Source: Vermamoeba vermiformis
Lineage: Eukaryota
Reading direction: 5' to 3'
Assembly (NCBI GenBank): GCA_045837725.1
Contig: JBEWZL010000063.1
Coordinates: 186,001-250,000, forward strand
DNA: 64,000 bases
Shown here: positions 61,387 through 64,000 of the stretch, in pieces
Numbering within the stretch: the first letter of the stretch is position 1
Layout of the letters: the number at the start of each line of letters is the position of its first letter
The notes under the pieces: model-generated
Databases searched by the model: none
Told to the model about the DNA's origin: nothing
What the model saw: only the letters and a program-made list of their open reading frames with translations
Made by a program: the position numbers and the translations under genes

Positions 61387-63938
61387 ATGCTCAAAAATAA
61401 GAAACAAGCAAAAAAGGCGGCTCACAGCCAGGTTCAAACAAAGCCCTGCGATACAGTGCTGATCGATGACGTTGTGCAACACATCTTCTCGTATCTGCCA
61501 GTCCGAGCGCGTGCCAAGGTTGGAGAGGTAATAAATATATTATTTTGAATATTATCCAATTTTTTTGGCAATTTGTGGCGTGATTAGTAATTTAAAAGAT
61601 TTTGGCGCCAAATCCGGATTTGTTATGTTGACTCAAGTTATTAAATTATTAACGCCTCACGCAGGTTTCAAAACAATGGAATGCGATTTCACGAAAGCCA
61701 TCTCTCTGGCCTGCTTTTGAAATGGACTTTAAATCCCGAGCTAATCGTAACGTCAAGCGCAAAAGGGACATCAACTCTACGAAGCATCTCATTAGCCTTG
61801 CTTCGTTTTTGCTCAAGTACTGCACCGACCTTCAGGACCTGCACTTGTCTTACGATCACCACGCGGAAATGACACCTGATCGCCTGGATGCATTCTTTCA
61901 AATCAAAACCTTGAAGAGAATGAAAATCTTAGAGCTCTCTCCACACGATATCAGCTACCAATACCTTCCTTCTAAGATTCCTGCGTGCTCCAACTTGGAA
62001 TTACTAAACATAGACTTGTACATCTCCGTCCAGGCTACGAGAAAACTGTTCCAAGTAAGTTATAGTAATGGCACACGTAATACGGGCTTGTAGTTACCAC
62101 TTATTCGAGATGAGCGTGCTCTAATTATGATTTGTAGGGCCTGCCTAATTTAAAGGAATTATACGTCCCACACGCCGGAATCGACTTTTTAAATCATAAG
62201 AACGTGTTCTCTTTCGCTAAAAAATTGGAGCGATTAGCCCTCAATTACTACAGCATGCCTGCGGAGTTGTTAGTCAAAACTTGCCCTTCATTACGCTTCA
62301 TTATGTACTATCGATGCCCGTACGCGAAGGATAGTGATAGCGAGGAAGATGATTTCAAGCCTATTGAAGTTATCGGCCAGACTGTTGCTATCAGGCCCGA
62401 GGGATTTGAAGACGAGTCACTAAGGGAAAACTACAAGCTGCTAGCACCTGTCCTTGTGCCTTATTTGGACAACACATCTTCTATGTCGTTCTTAGCAGCA
62501 CTGGCGACTGATTATTACTTTAACAAAGAAATAATTAAGTACTTGGTTCAGGAGCAGAAATTCGATCTGCATTACGAGTACGTTTCTCGTTTGAAATATA
62601 GTCTTAATTTGCTAACATTATTTATTCTTGTTGCTAGGCCTCCTAAATACAGTTATCGCCAATCGTTTTACTACGGAAAATTGAGGTTTCAGTTTCCACT
62701 TGACGCTGCGCTGCTAGGCTACTGGCGAGACGTAGAGTCAGTTAAAGAGTTGATAGAGCTTGGAGCCTACGCTGAATGCCCAAAAGTAGGGTATTCATAT
62801 TTGGCCCAAGCTAAGAGAGCCGACGTGCGCATGTTGTTGTTGCAACATGGAGCGGATCCAAACAAAATGGTCGAAGTCGATTTAGACAACAGAAAGAATG
62901 AGGATTATGCCACAAGTTCATTTCGCAATATAATTCATGCTCCAGCATTTGTATTTCACTTTATCGACGAACAGTTTGAGGGTAAGTTAAGATCCGTTTA
63001 ATTTAATAATTGATTTAGCGCTAACTATTGCATATATTTATAGATTCGGAGGAGTTTGTGTTTGCCTTGAAAGGAAGAGTCGATTTCAGTATTCAAGTGC
63101 GAAACAAGACCATGCTGGAGGTAAAATTCTTTCTTTCCATGTATCACGGCACTAACAGCTATAAATATCTAGTGGGCTATCGAACATAAGAAGTGGAACA
63201 GTATTTATGCGTTGCTTAAACTGGGCGTGAAGAAAATTAATGGCTGGGGTATGCACACTTCGTTCGCGCTGACCAATGGCAAAGTTGACGAGGCCAAGAT
63301 CAGACAAGCGCAAATGGCTCAAAAGGCGAAAGAAGAAGAAGAAAGGCGCCAAAGAGAAGAGATCAATAAGCGGCTAAAGAAGATGATTGAAGAGGGCAAT
63401 CCGCCTTGGTTGCACATCAATGGCAGCGATGACAGTGAGAGGTGCTGTAGCGATTGCGATAGCGATAGTGAAAATAATCTGTGGTGGTCAAACTCCGATT
63501 CGGACGAGCACGAGCATCGCAGTATCTTTAAAAATATTGAGAGTACGAGCAGCGAGGAGTCACACGACCCTTTTTTCGAAGAATTTAGCGACGAGGAATC
63601 CGAAGTAGAAGAGTCTGAAGTCGAAGAAGAGATCGAAGAAAATGATACTGAAGTGCGAGAAAAATTGCCTGCGAAGTTACAACGATTGTATGACGCGTTG
63701 GTGGGGATTCAGAAGATTATTCAAGATCTCGAAAGCTTTTCAGTGAAAGCGTTCCAGAAGCAACTCACACGAGACATCTTCCCTGCTTACATTACGAACT
63801 CAAATAGGAAGCGGCAGCTGAAGAGCGCGACTGGGGAAGCTGAGTCCAAAGATCTGTTCAAAGCGCTCTTGAAGCAGGTGGATCGATAATTTTCTGACAG
63901 AGTTTCAGCACGAAATTGAGAGCGTGGCTTCCAAGTAA
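61387..63938 (+). CDS. F-box, LRR, ankyrin-like repeats, acidic tract and retro-integrase-like C-terminal domain (stop at 63889 as given; 63938 if a +1 frameshift is corrected)
   Basis: LIDDVVQHIFSYLPVRARAKVGE|VSKQW (F-box); CTDLQDLHL, CSNLELLNI, CPSLRFI (LRR); VKELIELGA, LLLQHGADPN (ankyrin-like). The last exon is in frame. Confidence 0.8.
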
Positions 63939-64000
63939 GCAGTAGTTAACACGCAATAAATAAATTTTTCGGATCGGCAAAGGAAACAATATTTTCTCGA

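Overview
Intron-rich, AT-rich eukaryotic genomic DNA with short GT-AG introns and CTAAY/CTGAC-type branch sites. Gene content (receptor Tyr-kinase, hybrid His-kinases, Dictyostelium-type IQGAP-related GAP, divergent actin) suggests a free-living amoebozoan-like protist (inference). The window opens with a complete, apparently very young Ty3/Gypsy LTR retrotransposon (233-6788; identical 174-bp LTRs, TSD, single gag-pol ORF). About 22 spliced host genes follow, including three paralogous surface proteins (one a receptor kinase), two CBM96/DNRLRE-like GPI proteins, two 7TM proteins, two hybrid histidine kinases and two F-box genes. Top observation: the ~90-aa domain ending the retrotransposon integrase, where chromoviruses carry a chromodomain, aligns almost without gaps to the C-terminus of a host F-box/LRR/ankyrin protein 57 kb away, and the match continues across a +1 frameshift. 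Other oddities: a receptor kinase cut off at subdomain VIII and joined to a SAM-SAM-U-box gene, a degenerate hemerythrin fused to a bacterial-type sulfite oxidase, a LIM-methyltransferase fusion, a divergent actin, internal PPT-like motifs, a gene-conversion-like tract, and a recurrent intronic palindrome. All alignments and exon structures were made by eye. Gene spans include introns.
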